A stretch of DNA of 32,000 nucleotides from Blochmannia endosymbiont of Camponotus nipponensis (GTDB taxonomy: Bacteria > Pseudomonadota > Gammaproteobacteria > Enterobacterales > Enterobacteriaceae), in the NCBI RefSeq assembly GCF_009827135.1, contig NZ_CP046534.1, positions 30,001 to 62,000 on the forward strand, written 5' to 3'. Position 1 is the stretch's first letter. Each line of letters starts with the position of its first letter. The notes under the pieces were generated by a model that saw nothing but the letters and a program-made list of their open reading frames with translations, was not told the origin of the DNA and searched no databases. The translations under genes and the position numbers were made by a program. Positions 1 through 9,485 of the stretch are shown one piece after another.

Positions 1-879
1 GTATTAGCAGATTCTTTTTATTATTTATCTTCTAATAACCAACGTATATGGGTTAATCCAACTAATATCAAAATAAAACGTGATAAAAAAGGATGTATAA
101 TAAAAGCTATTGACAAAAATGGACATGATTTAATTTATGATGGAATATGTAAAATGTCAAAATCTAAAAATAATGGCATTGATCCAAATATAATTATTAA
201 AAAATATGGAGCAGATGCGGTACGTTTTTCTATCATGTTTGCTGCTCCAATTGAATCGCCATTAGAATGGAAAGAATCTGGTATAAAAGGTGCTCAACGT
301 TTTCTCAGACGTATTTGGAACTTAGTATACCGACACGTCCAAAATAGACCCATAGAAACTTTATGTGTTTTAAAACTTAATCATGCACAAAAAATTATTC
401 GATACAATATACATAAAACTATAGAAAAAGTTACCGAGGATATTGATCATAGACAAGCATTTAACACTGCTTTAACAGCTATTATGAAATTATTCAATAA
501 ATTATATAATGCCCCACAAGGAAATACACAAGACAGAGCAGTATTACAAGAAGGTTTAACTATAATAATACGATTACTATATCCATTTACCCCCCATATC
601 AGTTTTATTTTATGGAAGGCTCTAGGAGGTTCGGAAGATATTGATCATGTAACATGGCCTGTTGTAGATAAACAAGCAATAAAAAATGAAAGAACACTCG
701 TCCTAGTACAAGTGAACGGAAAGATGCGACATAAAATTTATGTACCGTTAAATAGTGATAAGAATATGGTTTATAAATTGTTAGAAACAGAAGGCATTTT
801 GAACAAATATCTTATTGGAAAAAAAATGAATAATATTATTTTTATTCCAAATAAAGTAATTAATATTATTGTAAAGTGA
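1..879 (+). CDS. leuS: Leucyl-tRNA synthetase, C-terminal part (5' end lies outside the window)
   Basis: Frame 1 is open from base 1. The translation contains the class I KMSKS motif (..GICKMSKSKNNGIDP..) and a LeuRS-type C-terminal domain. It is followed by lptE-holA as in E. coli. Confidence 0.95.
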   Translation, partial: VLADSFYYLSSNNQRIWVNPTNIKIKRDKKGCIIKAIDKNGHDLIYDGICKMSKSKNNGIDPNIIIKKYGADAVRFSIMFAAPIESPLEWKESGIKGAQRFLRRIWNLVYRHVQNRPIETLCVLKLNHAQKIIRYNIHKTIEKVTEDIDHRQAFNTALTAIMKLFNKLYNAPQGNTQDRAVLQEGLTIIIRLLYPFTPHISFILWKALGGSEDIDHVTWPVVDKQAIKNERTLVLVQVNGKMRHKIYVPLNSDKNMVYKLLETEGILNKYLIGKKMNNIIFIPNKVINIIVK

Positions 880-1433
880 ATTCTGAATATTTCTTACGTA
901 AAAAAAATTGTTTTTTAATAATTATAAGTATTGTAACTACTATTACACTTGCAAGTTGTAGTTATCGATTACACACAGATGTAACAGATCAAGAATTAAA
1001 AACAATTAGAAACAATATAAAATCTATGGTAATACACAGTTATGATCCATGTGGATCAATAACTCGAGCTATAATTTCTGAGTTATACGCAAATCATATT
1101 GATATATTTGATGATTTTAATAATGATATGTGTACAGAAAAAACACAGATTCCTCATTTATATATCATCAATGCTTTAGAAAAACACATAACCACTTTTT
1201 TATTTCAAAATGGAAAAGAAGCTGGGTATCAATTAATATTACGCATACAAACTAATTTATTAATACCAAATAAAGATTGTTGTCCTATCAAAATTTGCGT
1301 ATGTCGTTCTTTTATAAGAAACCCTGAAAAAGCTTTATTTAATGATACACAAGAAAAAAATATACGTAAAGAAATGTATCAAGAAGCAGCTCAACAACTT
1401 ATATATCAATTGATTCTACAATATGAAAATTGA
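876..1433 (+). CDS. lptE: LPS assembly lipoprotein LptE (RlpB)
   Basis: GTG start overlaps the leuS stop by 4 nt (GTGA). Signal peptide with lipobox LASC. The C-terminal block CRSFIRNPEKALFNDTQEKNIRKEMYQEAAQQLIYQL resembles E. coli LptE (from memory). Conserved position between leuS and holA. Confidence 0.85.
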   Translation: MNSEYFLRKKNCFLIIISIVTTITLASCSYRLHTDVTDQELKTIRNNIKSMVIHSYDPCGSITRAIISELYANHIDIFDDFNNDMCTEKTQIPHLYIINALEKHITTFLFQNGKEAGYQLILRIQTNLLIPNKDCCPIKICVCRSFIRNPEKALFNDTQEKNIRKEMYQEAAQQLIYQLILQYEN

Positions 1434-1504
1434 TAATTCAGATGTATTGTAAAATTATTTTTTATATTTAATATAAATTTTTTATTTTATCATTAAAATA
1501 TGTC

Positions 1505-2548
1505 ATGATTTGGATATACCCAGAACAATTATCTATAGAATTAAAAAAAGAACTAAAATCCTTTTATTTGTTGCTAGGAAATGATTCTTTTCTTTTAGAA
1601 AATAGTTATGTGAATATTGTTAATATAGCTAAAATACTAAATTTTAATGAATCTGTGAATATAACCTTAGATATGTATTCTGATTGGCAACATATACATA
1701 ATTTATTTAAAACATCAAATTTATTTGAAAAACGAAAAATATTATTATTAAAATTTTCTCAAGATTATCCTGTTATTTGTTTTAACAAAAACGTATCTTC
1801 ATTATCCTCATTGCTTCATGAAGATTTAATATTAATTTTGCACATTTATGAATCAAATAAAATTAATAAAAATAATATTCTATTAGAACATTTTAACAAA
1901 ATAGGAACATTTGTTGATTGTAACACGCTTACACACGCATGTCTAATAACATGGATAGAAAATCAAGCCAAACATATGAAACTTGTCATAGAAAATTTAG
2001 CTATTCAATTATTGTGTTATTATTACGAAGGTAATTTAGTGCTATTAAATCAAATACTACAAAATTTATCTTTAATATATCCTGACGGAAATTTAAGTTT
2101 CATACGCGTAAAAAAAATAGTAACTGATTCAGCATGTTTTAATATAAATCATTGGATAGAAGCGATTTTGATAGGTAATAAACAACGCGCTGACCGAATT
2201 TCAAAAAAATTAGAACATATAGGTGTTGATTTAGAAACATTATTATATAAAATTAAATTTGAAGTATTAATAATAACTAATATAAAATACAATATGGCAC
2301 AAGGAAAATCATTACCCAATTTATTAAAACAATATAAAATACATAGAAAGTATCATGCCGCACTGCTATCTAGAGCAGTGAAACGTTTAAGTTTATCTCG
2401 CTTATATCAAACAATAGAATTATTAGTACAAATAGAACTAAAGTATAAAAAAGATTATATTTGTTTATCACGATCAATTTTTGAACTATTATCTCTTATA
2501 TTATGTTCTGATAAAAAAATCACACTTAATAATAATATTGTAATTTAA
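1505..2548 (+). CDS. holA: DNA polymerase III delta subunit
   Basis: 347 aa. The N-terminus MIWIYPEQL...YLLLGND and the internal CYYYEGNL motif match E. coli HolA (MIRLYPEQL..., CYCYEGNL). Synteny after lptE. Confidence 0.88.
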   Translation: MIWIYPEQLSIELKKELKSFYLLLGNDSFLLENSYVNIVNIAKILNFNESVNITLDMYSDWQHIHNLFKTSNLFEKRKILLLKFSQDYPVICFNKNVSSLSSLLHEDLILILHIYESNKINKNNILLEHFNKIGTFVDCNTLTHACLITWIENQAKHMKLVIENLAIQLLCYYYEGNLVLLNQILQNLSLIYPDGNLSFIRVKKIVTDSACFNINHWIEAILIGNKQRADRISKKLEHIGVDLETLLYKIKFEVLIITNIKYNMAQGKSLPNLLKQYKIHRKYHAALLSRAVKRLSLSRLYQTIELLVQIELKYKKDYICLSRSIFELLSLILCSDKKITLNNNIVI

Positions 2549-2567
2549 TACATCATCCATATTGAGT

Positions 2568-2612
2568 AATACCTTTTCAGTAAATTATTATTTACTGAAA
2601 AGGTATTCTTTG
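2568..2612 (+). terminator. Intrinsic terminator-like hairpin downstream of holA
   Basis: Perfect 17-bp stem (aataccttttcagtaaa / tttactgaaaaggtatt) with a 6-nt loop. It begins 20 nt after the holA stop and is followed by cTTTgTT. Confidence 0.6.
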
Positions 2613-3013
2613 TTAATAACATAAATGAAACAAATTTCCTAATAACTTGATTCTATTACATTAAAATATTTTAAAATAATTTCCTATTTCTTTACCATTA
2701 TAACATAATTATATGTATGTATATATATGTATAAACTATATAGTAGTAGTTATTACTAAAAATTGATGGTTATCATCAACATGACTAACATCGCTACAAT
2801 AACATCTCATACAATATATATAATTGTATGTTTAAATTAGAGACATATAACCTATCTATTTAAGTTCTATAAAACAACATAATCAAAACATCAAGTGAAC
2901 ACTGTTTCACATTTATTTTATCGGAACATCTACTATAAATACAAATCAAATAGTTATTTTTTATAATCTCAATAACAGTAAAGTTATATTCAAGTAATTA
3001 CCTCTTTTCGTCA

Positions 3014-3050
3014 AAGACATATGTTGATGTGGATCCATGTCTTATTTTTT
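3014..3050 (+). terminator. Orphan terminator-like hairpin plus T6 in the holA-rsfS spacer
   Basis: 7-bp stem aagacat/atgtctt with a 16-nt loop, followed by aTTTTTT. No ORF lies upstream of it. It may be a relic of the lost nadD unit. Confidence 0.3.
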
Positions 3051-3226
3051 AAATAAATAAAACTCATTGTTAATATGTAACAACTACATCTATAGAATTC
3101 TTTATGTTTATTTTAAACATTAAAAATTAATAAGATAGTTATTGTACTGTTTAATTAAATAACATACATTTATATCTATTATCATAACAATAAAATTTAT
3201 ATATAACATATAATTGGATATTAAAT

Positions 3227-3544
3227 TTGCAATCCGATATTTTGAAAGAATTTATAATTAATGTTATTAACAATACACAAGGACAAGATATTATGTGTTT
3301 TGATATGAGTATTAAAACCAATATCACGGATATCATGATCATTTGTACTGGCACCTCCAATCGTCATGTCATTTCTATATCCCAAGATATATTACATAAA
3401 TCTCGTGGCGCTGGTTTAAAACTTTATGGAATAGAAGGCATGAATATTGGTGAATGGGTTCTAGTAGATTTAGGTGATGTAGTAACACATATAATGCAAA
3501 AAGAAATTCGTAAACTATATGCACTGGAAAAACTTTGGAGCTAA
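3227..3544 (+). CDS. rsfS: Ribosomal silencing factor RsfS (YbeB)
   Basis: 105 aa with a TTG start. It aligns end to end with E. coli RsfS (MQ...ITD.MIICTGTS.RHV....WVLVDLGDVV.H.MQ...R.LY.LEKLWS). Confidence 0.93.
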   Translation: MQSDILKEFIINVINNTQGQDIMCFDMSIKTNITDIMIICTGTSNRHVISISQDILHKSRGAGLKLYGIEGMNIGEWVLVDLGDVVTHIMQKEIRKLYALEKLWS

Positions 3545-3664
3545 TATAAATAAGGAACTTATTTAAATATATGTTTTATCTTATCAATAACAAATCATTT
3601 ATCAAACAAGTGTATAACTATTTGCATCAATTGTTAATATCAAATATAAATAAACTTTAAATAC

Positions 3665-5512
3665 ATGAAGCCTAATAATTATCCAATCCTGCATAATTAT
3701 TCGGATGAGTCTTTATTATTTACTCATCGTATAACTATTGCATGTGTTTTTATTATATTAATCATTGGTGTTTTATTGATTCATTTATACCAAATACAAA
3801 TAGTTAATTTTAATATGTATACTACACGTTCTAACGAAAATCGTATTAAACTTATTCCTATTCCACCTAAAAGAGGAATCATCTATGACCGTAATGGAAT
3901 AGCATTGGCATTAAATCGTACTATTTACCAACTAGAAATAATACCAGAAAATACAATTAACTTAATAGAAACAATTCATGAATTAAAATTATTATTAAAT
4001 TTAAGCAATAATGATATTTCAAAGTTTGAAAACACCCTAAAACATTCTTCTCAATTTGTTTCATTGCCTATTAAGATTGATTTAACAGAAGAACAACAAG
4101 CTCGATTTGCTGTTAATAGGTTTAAATTTTCCGGGGTAACAGTAAAAAGTTATCAACGTCGTTATTATCCTTATGGATCCGACTGTACTCATGTTATCGG
4201 ATATATTTCCAAAATTAACGAGGAAGATATAAAACGATTAAATAAAAAGGGTATTTTGGGTAAATATATTACAACCCCCAATATAGGAAAATTAGGAATT
4301 GAGCGTTATTACGAAAATATTTTACATGGTACACCAGGTTACGGTGCTGTGGAAATAAACAATCGAGGAAAAATAATTAGAGAACTATATAAAAAATCCC
4401 CGATACCAGGAAAGAACATTATTTTAACATTAGATTTAAATTTACAACAATACATTATAAAATTATTATCAGGAAATCGATCTTCTGTAATAGTTATAGA
4501 CCCAAGAAATGGTGGAATTCAAGCCTTGATTTCGCATCCTAGTTATAATCCCAACTTATTCGTTAATGGTATATCGAATACAGAATATAACATGTTATTA
4601 AAAGATAACAATTGTCCTTTACTTAATCGCGCGACTCAAGGGATATACCCTCCTGCATCTACAGTAAAACCTTACATTTCCGTATCCGCTTTAATATTAG
4701 GAGTAATTAATCAGAATTTTTTATTTGATGATCCTGGTTGGTGGCAATTACCTGGTTCAGAAAAACGTTTCCGTGATTGGAAACGATGGGGACATGGAGA
4801 AATAAACATCACAAAAGCTCTTGAAGAATCTTCTGATACTTTTTTCTATCAAATAGCTTATAAAATGGGAATAGATAATTTGTCACAATGGATGAATAAA
4901 TTTGGATATGGTAAATATACTGGTATCGATTTATTTGAAGAATTAACTGGTGTAATGCCTACTAAAGCATGGAAGGTAAAACGTTTTAAGAAACCATGGT
5001 ATCACGGAGATACCATACCAGTAGGAATCGGTCAAGGGTATTGGACTGCAACTCCTATACAAATGTCCAAAGCCTTAATTACTTTAATTAATGACGGTAA
5101 AGTGTATATTCCTCATTTACTTGATAGTGTTATATCAGACACTGATCATATTACATACCATCAAAAAGAATACAAACAAATAGGTGACCCAAAATCAAAT
5201 GTGTGGAAAATTACTAAAGACGGAATGTTTGGAGCAGCCAATCGTGCAAATGGCACAGTAAATAATAGTTTTTCTGGTACTTCATACAAAGCAGCAGCAA
5301 AATCTGGTACAGCACAGCTATTTAGCTTAAAAAGCAACCAAATCTATGATCCCAAAAAAATTGCTGAATCACTTAGAGACCACAAATTGATGACTGCCTT
5401 TGCTCCATATGAAGATCCTACGGTAGCCGTGGTAATAATTATAGAAAACGCTGGAATTGGAGTATCAATAGGAACAATTACAAGAAAAATATTTGATTTT
5501 ATCTTATTATAA
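3665..5512 (+). CDS. mrdA: Penicillin-binding protein 2 (elongasome transpeptidase)
   Basis: 615 aa with an N-terminal TM segment. Active-site STVKP (SxxK), plus RSNENRIKL, KSGTAQ and HKLMTAFAPY blocks as in E. coli PBP2. Followed by rodA. Confidence 0.95.
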   Translation: MKPNNYPILHNYSDESLLFTHRITIACVFIILIIGVLLIHLYQIQIVNFNMYTTRSNENRIKLIPIPPKRGIIYDRNGIALALNRTIYQLEIIPENTINLIETIHELKLLLNLSNNDISKFENTLKHSSQFVSLPIKIDLTEEQQARFAVNRFKFSGVTVKSYQRRYYPYGSDCTHVIGYISKINEEDIKRLNKKGILGKYITTPNIGKLGIERYYENILHGTPGYGAVEINNRGKIIRELYKKSPIPGKNIILTLDLNLQQYIIKLLSGNRSSVIVIDPRNGGIQALISHPSYNPNLFVNGISNTEYNMLLKDNNCPLLNRATQGIYPPASTVKPYISVSALILGVINQNFLFDDPGWWQLPGSEKRFRDWKRWGHGEINITKALEESSDTFFYQIAYKMGIDNLSQWMNKFGYGKYTGIDLFEELTGVMPTKAWKVKRFKKPWYHGDTIPVGIGQGYWTATPIQMSKALITLINDGKVYIPHLLDSVISDTDHITYHQKEYKQIGDPKSNVWKITKDGMFGAANRANGTVNNSFSGTSYKAAAKSGTAQLFSLKSNQIYDPKKIAESLRDHKLMTAFAPYEDPTVAVVIIIENAGIGVSIGTITRKIFDFILL

Positions 5513-5574
5513 TAAATAAACATCGAATTAGATTATTTTTATATATTTTTATCAACCTAACCAATTAGCGTAAT

Positions 5575-6693
5575 ATGTTTATGAGTCTAATTATCAAAAA
5601 AAAATCACTATGGAATAGATATCATATTGATTTAACATTATTTTTACTTATTGTTTTTTTGTTACTATATGGAACTTTCATAATGTGGAGCGCAAGTGGA
5701 CAAAATTTTGAAATAATGCGACTGAAAATGTTTCAAATTATGGGAGGATTATTACTTATGTTTTTTTTAGCACAAGTTCCTCCCAGAGTTTACGAATTAT
5801 GGACGCCTTACATATATTTTTTATCTCTCATATTATTAATATCAGTTAATATGATCGGACAAATCAGCAAAGGAGCTCAACGTTGGTTGGATTTTGGAAT
5901 AATAAGATTTCAACCATCGGAAATAGTTAAAATTTCTGTATTGCTCATGATAGCACATTATATTAATAGAGGTCAGCACCCACCATCTTTTAAAAATGTT
6001 GGTATTGCGCTATTACTAACTATGACTCCTACTATACTCATGCTATTACAACCAGATTTAGGCACAGCAATTCTAACAATTAGCTCTGGATTTTTCGTAT
6101 TATTTTTATCTGGAATTAGTTGGAAACTAATCATGCTTACATTATTAATAATAATTTTATTCGCTCCTATTTTTTGGTTTTTTTGTATGCACGAATACCA
6201 GAGATCTAGAATAACAATATTATTGCATCCAGAAATTGATCCATTAGGGGCAGGATATCATATTATTCAATCAAAAATTGCTATAGGTTCAGGGGGTTTT
6301 ACTGGAAAAGGATGGCTACATGGAACACAGTCACAACTAGAATTTTTACCAGAACGTCATACTGATTTTATTTTTTCAGTAATAGGAGAAGAATTAGGAT
6401 TTTTTGGAATATCAATATTATTGTTGTTGTATTTAGGGATTATATTACGTGGATTCTTTATTGCTGCCAAAACACAACATATGTTTGGGAGATTAATCAT
6501 TGGGAGCTTTATGCTAGTATTATTTATGTATATTTTTGTAAATATTGGTATGGTCAGCGGTCTACTACCAGTAGTAGGAATTCCATTACCATTAATAAGT
6601 TATGGTGGCTCCTCTTTATTAGTATTAATGGCAGGATTTGGAATGATTATGTCAATAAATGGACATAAAAAAATGATTTCTAAAACATTATAA
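5575..6693 (+). CDS. mrdB: Peptidoglycan glycosyltransferase RodA (SEDS family)
   Basis: 372 aa polytopic membrane protein. Long identical blocks to E. coli RodA (GAQRWLD.GI.RFQPSEI.KI, DPLGAGYHIIQSKIAIGSGG, GTQSQLEFLPERHTDFIF). Confidence 0.95.
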   Translation: MFMSLIIKKKSLWNRYHIDLTLFLLIVFLLLYGTFIMWSASGQNFEIMRLKMFQIMGGLLLMFFLAQVPPRVYELWTPYIYFLSLILLISVNMIGQISKGAQRWLDFGIIRFQPSEIVKISVLLMIAHYINRGQHPPSFKNVGIALLLTMTPTILMLLQPDLGTAILTISSGFFVLFLSGISWKLIMLTLLIIILFAPIFWFFCMHEYQRSRITILLHPEIDPLGAGYHIIQSKIAIGSGGFTGKGWLHGTQSQLEFLPERHTDFIFSVIGEELGFFGISILLLLYLGIILRGFFIAAKTQHMFGRLIIGSFMLVLFMYIFVNIGMVSGLLPVVGIPLPLISYGGSSLLVLMAGFGMIMSINGHKKMISKTL

Positions 6694-7101
6694 ATGTTGA
6701 AATAAAACACAATAAAATAATTAACTAATATTACTGTTGCATTTTATAATTTTTCATTTAAAATTTTCAAAAACTTAAGACAAACAAAAAAACTACATAT
6801 ATAACTATTTCTATTAATATTATCAAATAAACATTATATTTCATATAATAAATAAATACTAAAAACATTATGAATAATATAAGAATATTTTTCTATTAAT
6901 AATATATTTATGTAAAAAATATATTAAACATAAAGATATAAATATATAATGTTCAATAATAAGATAGAAAAACTATTATATTATAGTAGGCAATAAATAA
7001 ACTAATGATTTTATTTTGCTAAAATTTTGCATATGTAACTCACTATGTTTTAAGTATTTTACTTGATAAGAAACAAGGTTTGTACACTTAAATATACAAT
7101 A

Positions 7102-7143
7102 TATACATAGTTGTAAAAAATTAATTTTTTACAACTATGTATA
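7102..7143. repeat. Perfect 42-bp palindrome, a candidate bidirectional terminator between convergent mrdB and the DMT permease
   Basis: tatacatagttgtaaaaaatt|aattttttacaactatgtata checked base by base with no mismatch. It lies 39 nt past the stop of the minus-strand permease gene. Confidence 0.6.
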
Positions 7144-7181
7144 CTCAATATTAATTATTCCATAATTTAAATAAAATTATT

Positions 7182-8123
7182 TTAACTTATGTGTCTACGA
7201 ATTTGCACAATACATGTAACTCCAGAAATTAACAAAAACATTCCAATTAAAATCAAAGGGGATGGCCATAGTTGTCGATGTATAAATGAATACATCAAAC
7301 CTGCTACAGTTTCCACCGCAATCAATGGCCCTATTAATGTTGTCGGCAACCTTTGACTAGCTTCATTCCAAAAAAATGTGCCTAACCAAGAACAACAAAA
7401 TCCAATTAAAATCATTAAAAAAATAAAAAACATCGGTCTAGGACCAAACGGTAATATGAATTCATCTTGAATAAGATCTGAACAGCAAATACATACAAAA
7501 AAATAAACAAGGCACGATAAAGGCAATGTAACGACTCCTTGTGCATTAGCCCAAGTCATAGGCTTATTATGGGGATGTGTTTTTAACCAATGTGCATTTC
7601 TTAATGCATACCATGTCCAACATAAAACAGAAATAATTGCTAAAATTATTCCACTTACATATTCCCATATATCAAATATAGAAAATTCAGATTTTAATTC
7701 AGAAACATTTACACATAATAAACCCATTCCCATTAGACACAATGATATTAATAAGGTTTGGTTGGATAATTTATGTTCATTACGAAAAATAACATGTGTC
7801 GTTATAGTCAACATTAAAGGTAATGTACCAATAATAGCTGTTGAAATGGGAGCTCCAATGCGTTGAATGGCACTAGTCAAACACGTATAATACACCAAAT
7901 GACCCGTTAAAACTAATTTTATTGCTTCTAACCAATCTTTTAATAACAATTTACGTAAACGCGCTCTATCATACCATGATAACGGTAACGAAATTAATCC
8001 AAACGCAATATAACGACCAGATGCTTGTAATACACTAGGATATTCCGGTATTAATAAGGGACCAACGAAGATCAATCCCCATAACAATCCCGAGACTACA
8101 GCAAAAGCAATTCCTAAGATCAT
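7182..8123 (-). CDS. DMT/EamA-type 10-TM inner-membrane permease (YtfF-like from memory of the E. coli sequence; needs a search)
   Basis: 313 aa and hydrophobic throughout, with about 10 predicted helices. The N-terminal GLLWGLIFVGPLLIPEYP...GRY.A.GLI.LP pattern recalls E. coli YtfF. Confidence 0.8.
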   Translation of the reverse strand: MILGIAFAVVSGLLWGLIFVGPLLIPEYPSVLQASGRYIAFGLISLPLSWYDRARLRKLLLKDWLEAIKLVLTGHLVYYTCLTSAIQRIGAPISTAIIGTLPLMLTITTHVIFRNEHKLSNQTLLISLCLMGMGLLCVNVSELKSEFSIFDIWEYVSGIILAIISVLCWTWYALRNAHWLKTHPHNKPMTWANAQGVVTLPLSCLVYFFVCICCSDLIQDEFILPFGPRPMFFIFLMILIGFCCSWLGTFFWNEASQRLPTTLIGPLIAVETVAGLMYSFIHRQLWPSPLILIGMFLLISGVTCIVQIRRHIS

Positions 8124-8313
8124 GATATTTTTATTATACTGATGAAATATACCCGATACTATTATTTATTAAAAAAATCTGTTTTTATTATATCAAAAGT
8201 ATATATTATTAGTATACACACTTTAATTAGACAATGTTATATGATATTTCATGAAGACTTATTTGTTCATATCGATTTAATTGATATATTATAAATTTTT
8301 AAAATGATAACAA

Positions 8314-8387
8314 TGCGCCCTATAGGATTCGAACCTATAACTTACAGCTTAGAAGGCTGTTACTCTGTCCAATTGAGTTAAGAGCGC
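8314..8387 (-). tRNA. argU: tRNA-Arg (anticodon UCU), argU-like; 3' CCA not encoded
   Basis: The minus strand reads GCGCTCT-TA-ACTC-AATTGGACA-GAGT-A-ACAGC-CTTCTAA-GCTGT-AAGTT-ATAGG-TTCGAAT-CCTAT-AGGGCGC-A. All four stems pair, TTCGAAT is the T-loop and the anticodon is TCT. The genomic bases after the discriminator are TTG, not CCA. Confidence 0.93.
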
Positions 8388-8507
8388 GTTATATTGTATA
8401 TTTAACTAAATAATATATAACTTGTTAAAGATATCCAATTAAATCAAATATTTTATTATTAAGAAAGTCAATATTTTAAAAAATTATATAATTTAACATT
8501 AATAGTA

Positions 8508-8527
8508 ATATATATATATATATATAT
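8508..8527. repeat. (AT)10 dinucleotide microsatellite in the argU/folD divergent spacer
   Basis: Uninterrupted atatatatatatatatatat, 53 nt upstream of the folD ATG. Confidence 0.9.
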
Positions 8528-8580
8528 TTAAAAAAATAATATCATTGTATTAACTCATAATTACTAGGTATATTGTTGAA

Positions 8581-9432
8581 ATGACTGCTAAAGTAATTGA
8601 TGGAAAACATGTTTCTGAAGAAATAAAACAAGAGATAGCCCAACAAGTACTTAAAAATACAAATTCTGGAAAACGGGCGCCAGGATTAGCTATGATTCTA
8701 ATAGGGCATAACCCAATCTCTAATATATACTTAACTAATAAAAAAAAAGCATGTGAACAAGTAGGTTTTATCTCATTTATTTACACTTTACCTATTACAA
8801 CCACTGAAAACGAGATTTTCCAATTAATTGAAACTCTAAATAACGATAATCGGATAGATGGTATTCTAATTCAACTACCATTACCAAAAAAATTGAAAAA
8901 TATAAGCATTTTAGAGCGTATTGCTCCCGACAAAGACGTAGATGGTTTTCATCCATATAATATCGGGTGTTTATGTCAACGATCTCCTACGTTACGTCCT
9001 TGTACTTCCCGAGGTATTATTACTTTATTAAAATGGTATCACATAAATATGTTTGTGTTACATGCGGTTGTAGTTGGAGCCTCAAATATCGTTGGACGCC
9101 CTATGACTATGGAATTATTATTGGAGGGATGCACTGTATCAATTACACATCGTTTTACTCAAAATTTAAAGGTATACATTAAAAATGCTGATTTATTAAT
9201 TGTAGCAGTAGGGCAAGCAAATTTTATTCCTGGCAGTTGGATAAAACGAGGAGCTATAGTCATAGATGTTGGTATTAACCGTCTAAATAACGGAGATATA
9301 GTAGGGGATGTTCATTTTTCTAGTGCTTACGAACGAGCTGCATACATTACACCCGTGCCCGGTGGTGTAGGCCCAATGACAGTAGCCACACTTATTCAAA
9401 ATACTTTACAAGCTTATAATAGTCATCTCTAA
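8581..9432 (+). CDS. folD: Bifunctional 5,10-methylene-THF dehydrogenase / methenyl-THF cyclohydrolase
   Basis: 283 aa. Blocks [21 protein letters not shown] and [14 protein letters not shown] are as in E. coli FolD. Confidence 0.95.
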   Translation: MTAKVIDGKHVSEEIKQEIAQQVLKNTNSGKRAPGLAMILIGHNPISNIYLTNKKKACEQVGFISFIYTLPITTTENEIFQLIETLNNDNRIDGILIQLPLPKKLKNISILERIAPDKDVDGFHPYNIGCLCQRSPTLRPCTSRGIITLLKWYHINMFVLHAVVVGASNIVGRPMTMELLLEGCTVSITHRFTQNLKVYIKNADLLIVAVGQANFIPGSWIKRGAIVIDVGINRLNNGDIVGDVHFSSAYERAAYITPVPGGVGPMTVATLIQNTLQAYNSHL

Positions 9433-9485
9433 CGAAATAATTACCATTCTATATTTTAGCTTTTATCGTATAGTATGTATCAATA

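Noticed and set aside
2761-2790. Translation K-I-D-G-Y-H-Q-H-D in the holA-rsfS spacer, vaguely reminiscent of the NadD GTFDPxHxGH motif
   Set aside because: The spacing does not align with the motif. Three stop codons lie immediately upstream in the same frame, and the match is too short to separate from chance. It is mentioned only as a target for a proper tblastn or HMM test.
3151-3360. ORF 3151..3360(-) overlapping the rsfS start
   Set aside because: It is antisense to conserved rsfS, and its Ile/Leu/Cys-rich translation is typical of AT-rich noise.
8388-8580. Sigma70 -10/-35 look-alikes (for example TACAAT upstream of tRNA-Arg), and similar hexamers in every spacer
   Set aside because: TATAAT-like and TTGACA-like hexamers occur everywhere in DNA this AT-rich. 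I report only the ffs and lon promoters, where spacing, distance to the gene and (for lon) rare C/G content give real support.
8967-9182. ORF 8967..9182(+) in an alternative frame inside folD
   Set aside because: It is fully embedded in the conserved folD frame, and its translation is low-complexity.
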